A stretch of 64,000 nt of DNA, taken from NCBI GenBank assembly GCA_963725235.1, contig CAVRXN010000001.1:40041-104040 (forward strand). The letters run 5' to 3'. Position numbers and translations under genes: made by a program. The notes under the pieces are model-generated. The model saw only the letters and a program-made list of their open reading frames with translations. It made no database searches and was not told where the DNA came from. The stretch is from an uncultured bacterium. Lineage in GTDB: Bacteria; Patescibacteriota; Minisyncoccia; UBA6257; 2-01-FULL-56-20. Of the stretch, positions 19,666 through 28,989 are shown piece after piece; positions within the stretch are counted from its first letter, which is position 1; each line of letters begins with the position of its first letter.

Positions 19666-19956
19666 TTAGGTTGGCGTTTCGGCAAACATGTTTATCTGCC
19701 GTCTCCTCCGGCTAGTCTTTTTCCCGCCGGCGCGTCCAAGCTCACTTCTGATTTCTCGCGCGATCGACACTCGTCGTTTGCCAAATATTTCATTGGCGTC
19801 GAGCACTTGGTCGAGTGCCTCTTGGAAGCTTTCTTTCATGAGTCGGTTCCGCTGAGGTTTGTTGTTGCGATCTAAGCTGGGATCCCGAAGATTTGCGGCG
19901 TTTGAGCAATGGTACAATAGACTCACAGCCGCGACCATTTCTGGCGTACTTTGCAT
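19666..19956 (-). CDS. small basic hypothetical protein
   Basis: ORF track, 96 aa. Start uncertain (an internal MKESFQEALDQ is possible). A terminator lies downstream. Confidence 0.45.
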   Translation of the reverse strand: MQSTPEMVAAVSLLYHCSNAANLRDPSLDRNNKPQRNRLMKESFQEALDQVLDANEIFGKRRVSIAREIRSELGRAGGKKTSRRRRQINMFAETPT

Positions 19957-20037
19957 GCGTTTCTCCTCTGTGGATGAAATTGTAAAGATTGCTAGCTTAC
20001 TAACATATTATACTACACCCTCCGCACTTGTCAAATT

Positions 20038-20309
20038 TCAGCACAATTGCCAAGTTTTTATCTTGAAATTCCATTCTTTTTCACCCCAGATTGGGCCGGC
20101 GTAGGCGACGCCGACGCGGCGGGTGGCGAGCACATGGGAGCGGGGAATGTGTACACCGCGATCTTCGAACCAGAGGCCGGTTGGGCGCGAGGTGGATTTG
20201 TCGTTGAATGAACCGTCGATCTTGAGAAATTTTGCGAGGCGTGCGGGGCCGTAAGCGTCGGCCGGTCGAAGAATGATTTCGGTAAAATTTTATGAGCGAT
20301 TTTGGCCAT
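20038..20309 (-). pseudogene. remnant of 3-methyladenine DNA glycosylase (MPG/AAG family)
   Basis: The N-terminal MAKIAHKILPKSFFDRPTLT joins, after a frame change, to a C-terminal-like YGPARLAKFLKIDGSFNDK...ATRRVGVAYAGPIWGEKEWNFKIK. The roughly 100-aa catalytic middle of the family is absent. Confidence 0.55.
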
Positions 20310-20335
20310 ATCCTTGTTTGCATTATAATAGAAGC

Positions 20336-20989
20336 ATGAATTCCGATAAAGACTTGCCGCGACTCCGCAAGCGGTGGCAAAAGATTTCGCGTGTTTTGAA
20401 AAAGATTTATCCTGAGGCGCATATCGCGCTGACGTATCGTAATCCGTGGGAGCTGCTCGTTGCGGTTCAGCTCTCGGCGCAGTGCACGGACAAGAAGGTG
20501 AACGAGGTGACGCCGGCGTTGTTCAAGAAATATCGTAGGCTGGATGATTATGTTAAGGCGGGTAAGACGGCGAAGGGGATTCACGAGTTTGAAAATGCGA
20601 TTCACTCAACCGGTTTTTACCGCGCGAAGACGCGCAATATTTTGGCGGCGGCGAAATATATAAAAGAGAAGTATAACGGCAAGCTGCCGAAGACGATGGC
20701 GGAGATGGTGAAGGTGCCGGGCGTCGGGCGCAAGTCGGCGAATGTCATCCTTGGCAACGCGTATGGCGTTGTCGAGGGTATTGCGATCGATACGCACATG
20801 ATCCGGCTATCACACGTCCTTGGTTTGAGCGCCGAAAAAACGCCGGAGAAAATCGAGCTCGATTTAATGAAAATAATTCCGCGCCGCGATTGGTTTGTTT
20901 CGACGTATCGGTTGATCAATTATGGCCGGCAGTATTGCCCGGCGCGGCCGCATAAGCATGAAGCGTGTCTGTTGGCTAAGGTGGCGTGA
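20336..20989 (+). CDS. nth: endonuclease III-family DNA glycosylase
   Basis: HhH-GPD core WELLVAVQLSAQCTDKKVN...VPGVGRKSANVILGNAYG...IAIDTHM. TATAAT lies 6 nt before the ATG. The C-terminal CPARPHKHEACLLAKVA retains only 2 of the 4 canonical cluster cysteines. Confidence 0.85.
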   Translation: MNSDKDLPRLRKRWQKISRVLKKIYPEAHIALTYRNPWELLVAVQLSAQCTDKKVNEVTPALFKKYRRLDDYVKAGKTAKGIHEFENAIHSTGFYRAKTRNILAAAKYIKEKYNGKLPKTMAEMVKVPGVGRKSANVILGNAYGVVEGIAIDTHMIRLSHVLGLSAEKTPEKIELDLMKIIPRRDWFVSTYRLINYGRQYCPARPHKHEACLLAKVA

Positions 20990-21210
20990 CTTATGCACAT
21001 GGCTTTTTGTGTCACTATGCTATGATTACTGGGTAGCCAAAAGCTATTGGAAACCTATCCATGGATGGGTTTTGGCAAAGACCGTTTCCCGATGTGAGGT
21101 CGTGGAAGCGGTTTTTGTTTTGGCGAGATGGCGACGCCGGGCAACCGCGCTCGTCGGTAGCAAACGCTGTTTTTATGAAACAATATCGCGTATAATTCGT
21201 TGTAACTACC

Positions 21211-22486
21211 ATGAAACCACCGAAGAAACTGACACTCCCAAATGGTCTGCGCATCATTCTCGTCCCGCAAGCGTCGACGCTCGCGGCGAGCGTGTTGATT
21301 CTTGTTGAGGCGGGATCGGAATATGAAACGAAGCGCGTCAATGGCGTTTCGCATTTTTTGGAGCACATGACGTTTAAGGGAACGACGAATCGGCCGCGGC
21401 CGGGGATGATCGCGGAGGAGTTGGCGGCGCTTGGTGCCCAGTCAAATGCGTTTACCGGACAAGAGTATACCGGATATTGGGCGAAGGCTGAGGCGCGCAA
21501 GTTGCCGAAAATTCTTGAGATCGTTTCCGATCTTTATTTGAATCCGGTGTTCGCGCCGGAGGAGATCGAGAAAGAGCGTGGCGTAATTATAGAGGAGATC
21601 AATATGTACGAAGATACGCCGGCGCGGCGCGTGCATGAAATTTTGACGACGCTGATGTATGGCGACCAGCCGGCGGGTTGGGATATCAGCGGCGAGAAAG
21701 AGGTTATTGCGAAAACTGGCGAAAGAGGATTTCGTAAAATATCGGAACGAGCGGTACGTTGCACCGGGAACGATCGTTGTCATTGCCGGAAAATTTAATG
21801 AACGGGCGGTCGTCGCGCAGATTAAAAAATCATTTAACGCGCTGGCGCGGAAGAAGGCGAGTGCGAAACTGAAAACGAAAGAGCATCAGGCGCGGCCGCA
21901 GATGTTTGTTAAGTTTAAGGAGTCCGGACAAAGCCATCTCGTTATGGGTGTTCGTGCGTTCGATCTGTTCGACCGCCGTCGATTTGCGATCCAGGTTTTG
22001 GCTGACGTTCTTGGTGGCGGGATGAGTTCACGATTATTTAAGAAAGTTCGCGAGGAACTCGGCGCGGCCTATTATATAGATGCCGATGCCGACTTGTCAC
22101 TCGACCACGGCGTTTTTGCCATTTCCGCGGGCGTCGACCACGGCAAAATCGACGTCGTTATCGAGGCCATCCTTGCCGAGTGCCGGCGTTTGCGTGACGA
22201 ACTCGTGCCGGAGGAGGAGCTGCAACGGACGAAGGACCACATGAGCGGCGGCATCATTCTGGGCCTCGAGACGTCGGATGCGCTTGCGAGCTTTTACGGC
22301 GGCCAGGAGATCCTGACGAAAAAGCTTTTGCCACCCGAGAAATTCATTGATATGATAAGGAAAGTAAGCGCCGCTGAGGTTCAGGCGGTCGCGCGGGAAA
22401 TTTTTATTAATAAAGGATTAAATCTCGCAGTCATCGGCCCGTACCAGAACGAAGAAATTTTCAAGAAGATATTAAAATTTAATTAA
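21211..22486 (+). CDS. M16-family zinc peptidase, one frame disruption near 21720
   Basis: HFLEHMTFKG (HxxEH) in ORF 21211...; continues in ORF 21659..22486 (FVKYRNERYVAPGTIVVIAGKF...). Confidence 0.8.
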
Positions 22487-22499
22487 ATCTTAGCAATAC

Positions 22500-23514
22500 A
22501 TGGAGCGACAAAAATTCGACATAGCATGGGAGACCTTATGGCGCATTTTGCTGTTCGTCGTCATTATCGCGATTCTGTACCAAGGCCGCCAAATTATTCT
22601 TGGCCTCTTTCTCGCGATCATCATCTCATCCGGCCTCGAAGGCATCGTTGACCGCCTCGAACATGTCGGTCTGCCGCGCAGCATCAGCGTCATTCTTATT
22701 TTCCTTCTCGCCGATCGTACTCATTATCTTTATCTTATATTCGCTCATTCCGGTCCTTATCGTCGAGTTGAATACGATCTTTTCCGGCTCCGGCGCTAAC
22801 GTCTCCGGTGGGCTCGGATTTTTGCTGAGCTTGAAATCGCAATCGGCATCGGCAACGATCTCGAAGCTTTCGAGCGAATTCTTGAGCGGCGGCTCACCAT
22901 TCTCGGCTCTTTCAACTGCCTTCGGCAGCTTCACGCTCGTCTTCGCGGTCATCGTGAGCTCGTTCTATCTTAGCTTGACGCAGGACGGCGTCGAACGATT
23001 TATAAAAGTAGTTATCCCACCGGATTACGAACCGATGGCGCTGAAAATTTATAGCTCCTCGCGCCGTCTCATCGGTTCTTGGTTCCGCACGCAACTCCTT
23101 CTCAGTTTGATTATGGGCGTCCTTGTCTGGGTCGGCTTGTCGCTGCTCCACGTTCCGTACGCGTTTTTGATCGCGTTCATCGCCGCCATCTGCGAGCTCG
23201 TTCCGTTTGTCGGCCCTATTATATCCGGTGCGTTCGGCGTCGTTTCGGCGCTTACCGTCTCGACCTCGCTCGCTTTGTACACGTTAATTTTCTTCATCAT
23301 CGCCCAGCAGCTTGAATCGAATCTTTTTGTCCCGATTCTCAATCGCCGCTCCGTCGGCCTCCATCCTGTCATCGTCATCATCGCGTTATTGATTGGCGCC
23401 GAGATCGGCGGCTTTATGGGAATCGTCATCGCCGTTCCGGCTGCCGCCGTTTTCCAGGAAGTGATTCAGGAATGGTCGTCGAAGAAAAGGGCTGAAGCAA
23501 TTCCTTCAGAATAA
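22500..23514 (+). CDS. AI-2E/PerM-family transporter, one frame disruption near 22700
   Basis: The polytopic N-terminal piece (22500...) and ORF 22600..23514 join. The C-terminal GFMGIVIAVPAAAVFQEVI is typical of the family. Confidence 0.75.
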
Positions 23515-25001
23515 TGGATGCGCCTTCCGGAAAATTCTATATCACGACGCCGATCTATTACGTCAACGACAAGCCGCACATCGGGCATGCGTATACGACG
23601 ATTGTTGCGGATACGCTCGCTCGCGCGCGTGCTGCCGCTGGCGAAGACGTTATTTTTTCGACTGGCACGGATGAGTGGGCGCAAAAAACAGTTGATGCTG
23701 CAGCAAAGGCAGGCGAGGACGTTAATGTTTATCTCGAGCGGATGGCTGGTGTTTGGCAGGATGCATGGCATCGCCTCGGGATTTCGAATACCGATTTCAT
23801 CCGGACAACCGAAGAGCGGCATATCAAAGTTGTAAAAGATATTTGGACGCGGATCGAGGCGGCGGGGGATTTGTATCGCGGGAAATATGAAGGTTTGTAT
23901 TGCAAAGGCCATGAAGCATTTTTGAATGAGGATGAGCTGACGCCGGATGGTTTGTGCCCGGAACATAAGATCGCGCCTGAGTTTGTGTCCGAGGAAAATT
24001 ATTACTTCCGACTTTCGAAGTATCAGGATGAATTATTAAAATTTTATGAAACGAATCCGGATTTTGTCATGCCGGCGAACCGATTTAACGAGGTGCGTGC
24101 GTTCGTCGAGAATGGGCTCGAGGACATCAGTTTCTCACGCGAGCGCCGCGAAGGCCGTGCCGATTGGGGGATTCCCGTTCCGACGGATCCTTCGCAAGTA
24201 ATTTATGTTTGGGCCGACGCGTTGGTCAATTATATTTCCGAAGTTGGCATCGAGGGTTGGGAAGATCATCCCGCCGACGTCCATGCCATTGGCAAGGATA
24301 TTTTGCGGTTTCATGCGGTCATCTGGCCGGCGATGTTGTTGTCTGCCGGTTTGCCGTTGCCAGGCCAAATCATTGCAAATGGTTTTTTGACCGTTGGCGG
24401 CGTCAAAATGTCGAAGTCGCTCGGGAATGGCGTCGATCCGTTGGAATTGGCTGAGCGGTATGGTGCGGGTGATGCCGGGCGTGGCTCTGATGTTTTGCGA
24501 TATTTTTTATTGCGTGAAGTACCGTATGGCGCCGACGGCGATTATTCCGAGGACAAGATGCGCGAACGGTACAATGGCGATTTGGCAAATGGGTTGGGGA
24601 ATTTCGCGGCACGCGTTTTGACGTTGGCGGAGAAGGATACGATTTTACGCGGTGGTAAAAGTAATGAGTTTCAAAATGTTGTCGACGATATGAATCGCGC
24701 TGTCCGCGCGAAGTTGAATGAGTTTAAATTTAATGACGCACTGGCCGCGATCTGGGCTGCGATCTCGTTTGGCGATCGGTATGTTAATGAAAAGAAAGTT
24801 TGGGAGATTAAGGATGCGGTCGCGCGGGGCGATGCTTTATATAATCTGGTTTTATTGCTCGATGGCGTCGCTTCTGCACTCGTTCCATTCTTGCCCGATG
24901 CCGCAAAAAAAATCACCGCCGCAATCGAGCGCGATGGTGAGGGTGAGCACGGTGGCTGGAAAGCGAAGAAGATCGAGGTGCTATTTCCGAGGATCAAGTA
25001 G
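23514..25001 (+). CDS. metG: methionyl-tRNA synthetase (short form)
   Basis: 495 aa with TTPIYYVNDKPHIGHAYT (HIGH) and VKMSKSLGNGV (KMSKS). Confidence 0.95.
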   Translation: MDAPSGKFYITTPIYYVNDKPHIGHAYTTIVADTLARARAAAGEDVIFSTGTDEWAQKTVDAAAKAGEDVNVYLERMAGVWQDAWHRLGISNTDFIRTTEERHIKVVKDIWTRIEAAGDLYRGKYEGLYCKGHEAFLNEDELTPDGLCPEHKIAPEFVSEENYYFRLSKYQDELLKFYETNPDFVMPANRFNEVRAFVENGLEDISFSRERREGRADWGIPVPTDPSQVIYVWADALVNYISEVGIEGWEDHPADVHAIGKDILRFHAVIWPAMLLSAGLPLPGQIIANGFLTVGGVKMSKSLGNGVDPLELAERYGAGDAGRGSDVLRYFLLREVPYGADGDYSEDKMRERYNGDLANGLGNFAARVLTLAEKDTILRGGKSNEFQNVVDDMNRAVRAKLNEFKFNDALAAIWAAISFGDRYVNEKKVWEIKDAVARGDALYNLVLLLDGVASALVPFLPDAAKKITAAIERDGEGEHGGWKAKKIEVLFPRIK

Positions 25002-25326
25002 GTTGTCTTGTCACGGGATCGATTCCGAGGAGCGGGAACTCTTCGACGAGTGCCGGGTCTGGCTCCCAATGACATGGAGTGGGTCCTGTCTGTAAAACTT
25101 CTTGTGCCCAAGTCCTGCATTTCTGATTCCATCGCTTCAGCGTTTCGGAATGATTCGGGCGAACCTCCTTATTGTTTCTCAGGGTCGGATCGGAATCGAA
25201 CTGAAAGTCCGGATCTTTATACATTTTCTTCCTCATCTCATGAATGAACATGAGAGTTACTTGTTCTGGCTGCACGCCTAAATCTTCAGCGATGAGCTTG
25301 GTGAAAAAATTATTCAAGTCGGCCAT
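24994..25326 (-). CDS. hypothetical protein (110 aa)
   Basis: ORF track. Last gene of the minus-strand trio 26457 to 24994. Confidence 0.5.
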   Translation of the reverse strand: MADLNNFFTKLIAEDLGVQPEQVTLMFIHEMRKKMYKDPDFQFDSDPTLRNNKEVRPNHSETLKRWNQKCRTWAQEVLQTGPTPCHWEPDPALVEEFPLLGIDPVTRQPT

Positions 25327-25363
25327 TGGAAACTCCTTTCAAGATTATAGGATGCTTCAAGCA

Positions 25364-25981
25364 TTAGAGCAATTCTTTTATCTTCTCCCTGTACACCGCC
25401 TCGATATCCCGTTCGAATTCCGAGACCGTAGCATAATTATTTGTTAGTTTTATATCCGCCCGCGAGCCAATTTCAGGAATGAAAATCTCGTTGGGCTGGC
25501 GATTCAGTTCGGCGAACTGCTCGCGGGTCGTCGTGGCTTCCCCGGAGCGGTTGCGGGCGACGAGTCGGGCGTAGCGATGGTCGTCGTCGGCGAAAATATA
25601 AACTGTGACGCTTTTGACGCCGTCCGCAGGAAATTCTTTCATCATTTTTTCATCAACGTCCCAGCGCATGCCGTCGAGGATGCCAACGTCTGCGGGATTT
25701 TTTAATAATCGGGCTTTGACGGCGCGTGCGAGAACGCCCGGCGGGAATCCGGGCGTGGCACCGTCCGGACCACCACCTGGCCGCTGCATGATCTGCGCGA
25801 GCATCTGCTCGTTCGCGCGCCCGTGCGGCATGCCCCAGAGGTCGAGCGTGTCGCGCAGGATGTCCGAGAAGCGATGGCGGCTGACCGTCACGCCGTCGGC
25901 GTGGAACAATTCTTCGAGCTTGATTGCGACCGTTTCTTTTCCGGCGAGCGGCAGGCCGGCGAGGCCGACGACGAGTTTCAT
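25364..25981 (-). CDS. P-loop nucleotide/nucleoside kinase-like protein
   Basis: MKLVVGLAGLPLAGKETVA (Walker A-like) and a small-kinase-sized 205 aa. Exact family uncertain. Confidence 0.6.
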   Translation of the reverse strand: MKLVVGLAGLPLAGKETVAIKLEELFHADGVTVSRHRFSDILRDTLDLWGMPHGRANEQMLAQIMQRPGGGPDGATPGFPPGVLARAVKARLLKNPADVGILDGMRWDVDEKMMKEFPADGVKSVTVYIFADDDHRYARLVARNRSGEATTTREQFAELNRQPNEIFIPEIGSRADIKLTNNYATVSEFERDIEAVYREKIKELL

Positions 25982-26457
25982 GATGTTTTAATGGTGCCTA
26001 CGGCATCAATTGCCGTTTTGGCATAGTGCTTAATATTTTTACGAATGTCATATTGTGATGAATTTAAATCATCTTTTGTAAACCAGAGTATTTCATCGCT
26101 GACCTCGGTTGCTCCCTGCTGGATGATATCATTCATCGCTTCTGCGAAATAAATAAAACTGATGTGTTCGTGATGCTCGTTGACTCGATGTCGATTCAAG
26201 AAAGCTGGCGGAATGAGGCTTATCGTGCCGTCAAGAATATTTTTCTCATCGCCACGTGTATCCCATAGTTTGATTACGAGGCCGACCTCTTCTTTAACTT
26301 CTCGAATCGCAGCTTCGTTTGGGTCTTCATTGAGCTCAACATGGCCGCCCGGTGGTAGCCACATTTTGTATTTGTCGTGCTTTCGCAAAAGTACCTTGCC
26401 ACGGAAAACAATAAAAGTGTCTGCTGTGAAGTCGATTTTTTCATGGATGTGCGGCAT
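25978..26457 (-). CDS. Nudix hydrolase
   Basis: Start MPHIHEKIDF at 26457. Nudix box GGHVELNEDPNEAAIREVKEEVGL. 4-nt overlap with the downstream kinase-like gene. Confidence 0.85.
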   Translation of the reverse strand: MPHIHEKIDFTADTFIVFRGKVLLRKHDKYKMWLPPGGHVELNEDPNEAAIREVKEEVGLVIKLWDTRGDEKNILDGTISLIPPAFLNRHRVNEHHEHISFIYFAEAMNDIIQQGATEVSDEILWFTKDDLNSSQYDIRKNIKHYAKTAIDAVGTIKTS

Positions 26458-26486
26458 GGCTCTATGGTAGAATATTTGCAATCATT

Positions 26487-27431
26487 ATGCAATCTGACTT
26501 TGAACCAAAATTCTTCGACGCCCATACACATGCCCAGTTCAGCGGGTATGACGGACCCGCGGACGATCCCGGCGCCGATCGTGCTGCGGTTCTCGCCCGC
26601 GCACGCGAGGCAGGCGTTTGGATGATAAATGTCGGTACGCAGATCGATACGTCGCGGGCGGCGGTGGAGTTGGCGGAACGGGAAAAAGCAGCTGGGAATG
26701 ATGGAGTCTTCGCCTCAGTCGGCCTCCATCCAGTCCACACGTCGCGTTCGCATCATGACGAGAACGAATTGGGCGGCGGCGAGTCCGCGCGCGCATTTAC
26801 CTCGCGCGGCGAAGCATTCGACATCGAGGCGTATCGGCGCTTGGCGCTCCACGAGCGGACAGTTGTGATAGGCGAATGCGGCCTCGATTATTTTCATTTG
26901 AGCGATACTGGGTCGAACGAAGACGATCCGCGCGAGGAACAGATTCGCAAGCAAAAAGAAGTGTTCATCGCGCAGATCGAGCTTTCGCTTGAAATTAAAA
27001 AACCATTAATGATTCATTGCCGGAATGGCGATGACGGTAACGCATTCGCTGACCTGATCGAAATATTAAAATTTTATAAAGCGAAGTTTGACAACCCCGG
27101 CGTCATTCATTTCTTCAGCGGCACAGTCGACGATGCCCGCGCGCTTCTCGATCTCGATTTCTCGTTCACGTTCGGTGGTGCGATAACATTCCCGCCGCGC
27201 AAGGGAAAAATACAAGGCGATTATGATGAAGTTATAAAACTCATTCCGGCCGACAGGATTTTATCCGAAACCGATGCGCCGTATGTCGCCCCGCTAAAAT
27301 ACCGCGGCAAGCGGAATGAGCCGGCGTATGTTGTTGAAACGGTCAAGAAACTGGCAGAGTTAAAAAATGTCAGCGCAGATGAGATGAAAAAACAGATATG
27401 GGAAAACGCGCGACGGATTTTTAAGGTATAA
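26487..27431 (+). CDS. TatD-family metal-dependent hydrolase/DNase
   Basis: FFDAHTHAQF, IGECGLDY, PLMIHCRN, ETDAPYVAP motifs. Confidence 0.85.
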   Translation: MQSDFEPKFFDAHTHAQFSGYDGPADDPGADRAAVLARAREAGVWMINVGTQIDTSRAAVELAEREKAAGNDGVFASVGLHPVHTSRSHHDENELGGGESARAFTSRGEAFDIEAYRRLALHERTVVIGECGLDYFHLSDTGSNEDDPREEQIRKQKEVFIAQIELSLEIKKPLMIHCRNGDDGNAFADLIEILKFYKAKFDNPGVIHFFSGTVDDARALLDLDFSFTFGGAITFPPRKGKIQGDYDEVIKLIPADRILSETDAPYVAPLKYRGKRNEPAYVVETVKKLAELKNVSADEMKKQIWENARRIFKV

Positions 27432-27449
27432 TATATCCGAATACTATAT

Positions 27450-28031
27450 ATGCAACTCGTTGATACAACCATCATAACCATCGCGTGGTTCGCCATTATT
27501 CTGTACTGGATGATTTCTGCGGTCGGCGTGAAACGCAACGTCCAGCGCACTGGCTCCTGGTGGCGCTCATTCTGGTTCCGTGTCGTGCTGATCGCGATCG
27601 GTATTGCCATCCTCGCGAACGGACTTTCATCCAGCGTTTGGATATGGGCTGAGGCACTGCCGATCTTCCGAAATTTCTTCCTGCATATCATCGGCCTTAT
27701 CCTCACGATCGGTGGCATCGCGTTCGCGATCTGGGCTCGCCGCAGTCTTGGCCGCAACTGGAGTGGCGTGCCATCGATTAAGCAGGACCATGAGCTCGTA
27801 ACGTCCGGGCCATATCGTTTTGTCCGCCATCCGATCTATACCGGCGTCAGCATTGGCTTACTCGGCTCGTCGTTTGTCGGCGGTCCGGCTTGGTTGATCG
27901 CGTTTGTCATCTATACAGCCGTTTTCGTCGCACGCATACCCGTCGAGGAGCGGTACATGATGCAATTGTTCCCGGACCAGTATCCGGCGTATCGCGCGCG
28001 AACGAAGGCGCTGGTACCGTTTCTTTGGTAG
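27450..28031 (+). CDS. ICMT/PEMT-family membrane methyltransferase
   Basis: Polytopic; LVTSGPYRFVRHPIYTG signature. Confidence 0.75.
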   Translation: MQLVDTTIITIAWFAIILYWMISAVGVKRNVQRTGSWWRSFWFRVVLIAIGIAILANGLSSSVWIWAEALPIFRNFFLHIIGLILTIGGIAFAIWARRSLGRNWSGVPSIKQDHELVTSGPYRFVRHPIYTGVSIGLLGSSFVGGPAWLIAFVIYTAVFVARIPVEERYMMQLFPDQYPAYRARTKALVPFLW

Positions 28032-28076
28032 CACGCATCACTTTATTTTTGGCGGTTTTTTTGGTATAATAGAGGG

Positions 28077-28316
28077 ATGAAAACGGCCTCAAAGATGAAA
28101 TTTCGCCAGTCGCTCTTTTGGGATGTGGATCCGAAGACGATTGATCCCAAGAAAAATGCGGTGTATATTATCGAGCGGATTTTGGATTTTGGGAATGACG
28201 ACGAAGTGCGTTGGATGGCGAGGACCTATTCGCCGCGGCTGATTAAAAAAGTAGTGGCAACGTCTCGGGTGCTTCATCAAAAGTCGAAATCGTTGTGGTC
28301 ATTGATATATGCATGA
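28077..28316 (+). CDS. small protein upstream partner of the AbiEii-like gene (79 aa)
   Basis: ORF track. TGGTATAAT lies 7 nt upstream. The stop overlaps the next ATG (ATGA). Confidence 0.6.
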   Translation: MKTASKMKFRQSLFWDVDPKTIDPKKNAVYIIERILDFGNDDEVRWMARTYSPRLIKKVVATSRVLHQKSKSLWSLIYA

Positions 28317-28987
28317 AATCGCCGGCTGCGAGTGGAAAGTTATTCTTAAATGTTTTACCGCCGGTAACGCGGCGGGCTTTTGATGAAATTCAAAATCTGA
28401 AATTGCTTGCGAGCGGAGGGTGGTATCTTGCGGGCGGTACGGCGCTTGCACTTCAAGCAGGCCATCGACAATCCGTGGACTTAGATTTTTTTACGCCGGA
28501 GAAAGCATTGAATGAATCGGCAATCGAACGGCGATTGCTTGCGAGCCATCACTGGTCAACCGGATTTATTGAGCAGGGAACAATTTATGGAAAATTTCTC
28601 GACGCCAAAGCCAGCTTTATCTCGTGTCCCTTTTTTGTGCCCGCTGAACCATTTATTACATGCGGCACGATCAGGATTTTATCGGAGCGTGACATCGCTG
28701 TTATGAAAATTATCGCGATGAGCCAGCGCGGGCGTAAACGCGACTTTGTCGACTTATATTGGTACTGCCAGAACCGCGAGCCGCTGCTCGATGTTATTCG
28801 TCGCGTGCCTAAGCAATACCCAGGGCAGGAGCATAATATTCCGCATTTCATTAAGAGCGTTACTTATTTCGATGATGCGGAAGCTGATCCGATGCCGAAA
28901 ATTTTCTTTGATGCGACATGGAGCGGTGTCAAATCTTTTTTCAAGAAAGAAGCGAAAGCAATTACCAAACAATTGTTGTTATCATAA
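28313..28987 (+). CDS. nucleotidyltransferase, AbiEii/DUF1814-like toxin family
   Basis: WYLAGGTALALQAGHRQSVDLDFFTPE matches the family's GG-AL...HR-S-DLDF nucleotidyltransferase motif as I recall it. 224 aa. Confidence 0.65.
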   Translation: MKSPAASGKLFLNVLPPVTRRAFDEIQNLKLLASGGWYLAGGTALALQAGHRQSVDLDFFTPEKALNESAIERRLLASHHWSTGFIEQGTIYGKFLDAKASFISCPFFVPAEPFITCGTIRILSERDIAVMKIIAMSQRGRKRDFVDLYWYCQNREPLLDVIRRVPKQYPGQEHNIPHFIKSVTYFDDAEADPMPKIFFDATWSGVKSFFKKEAKAITKQLLLS

Positions 28988-28989
28988 AC

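Noticed and set aside
20990-21210. The 220-nt nth/M16 intergenic region contains GAUGUGAGGUCGUGGAAGCGG, which is reminiscent of SRP RNA helix 8.
   Set aside because: The tetraloop and the matching 3' strand (AGCAGCC-like) are not present, so the similarity is too partial to call an RNA gene.
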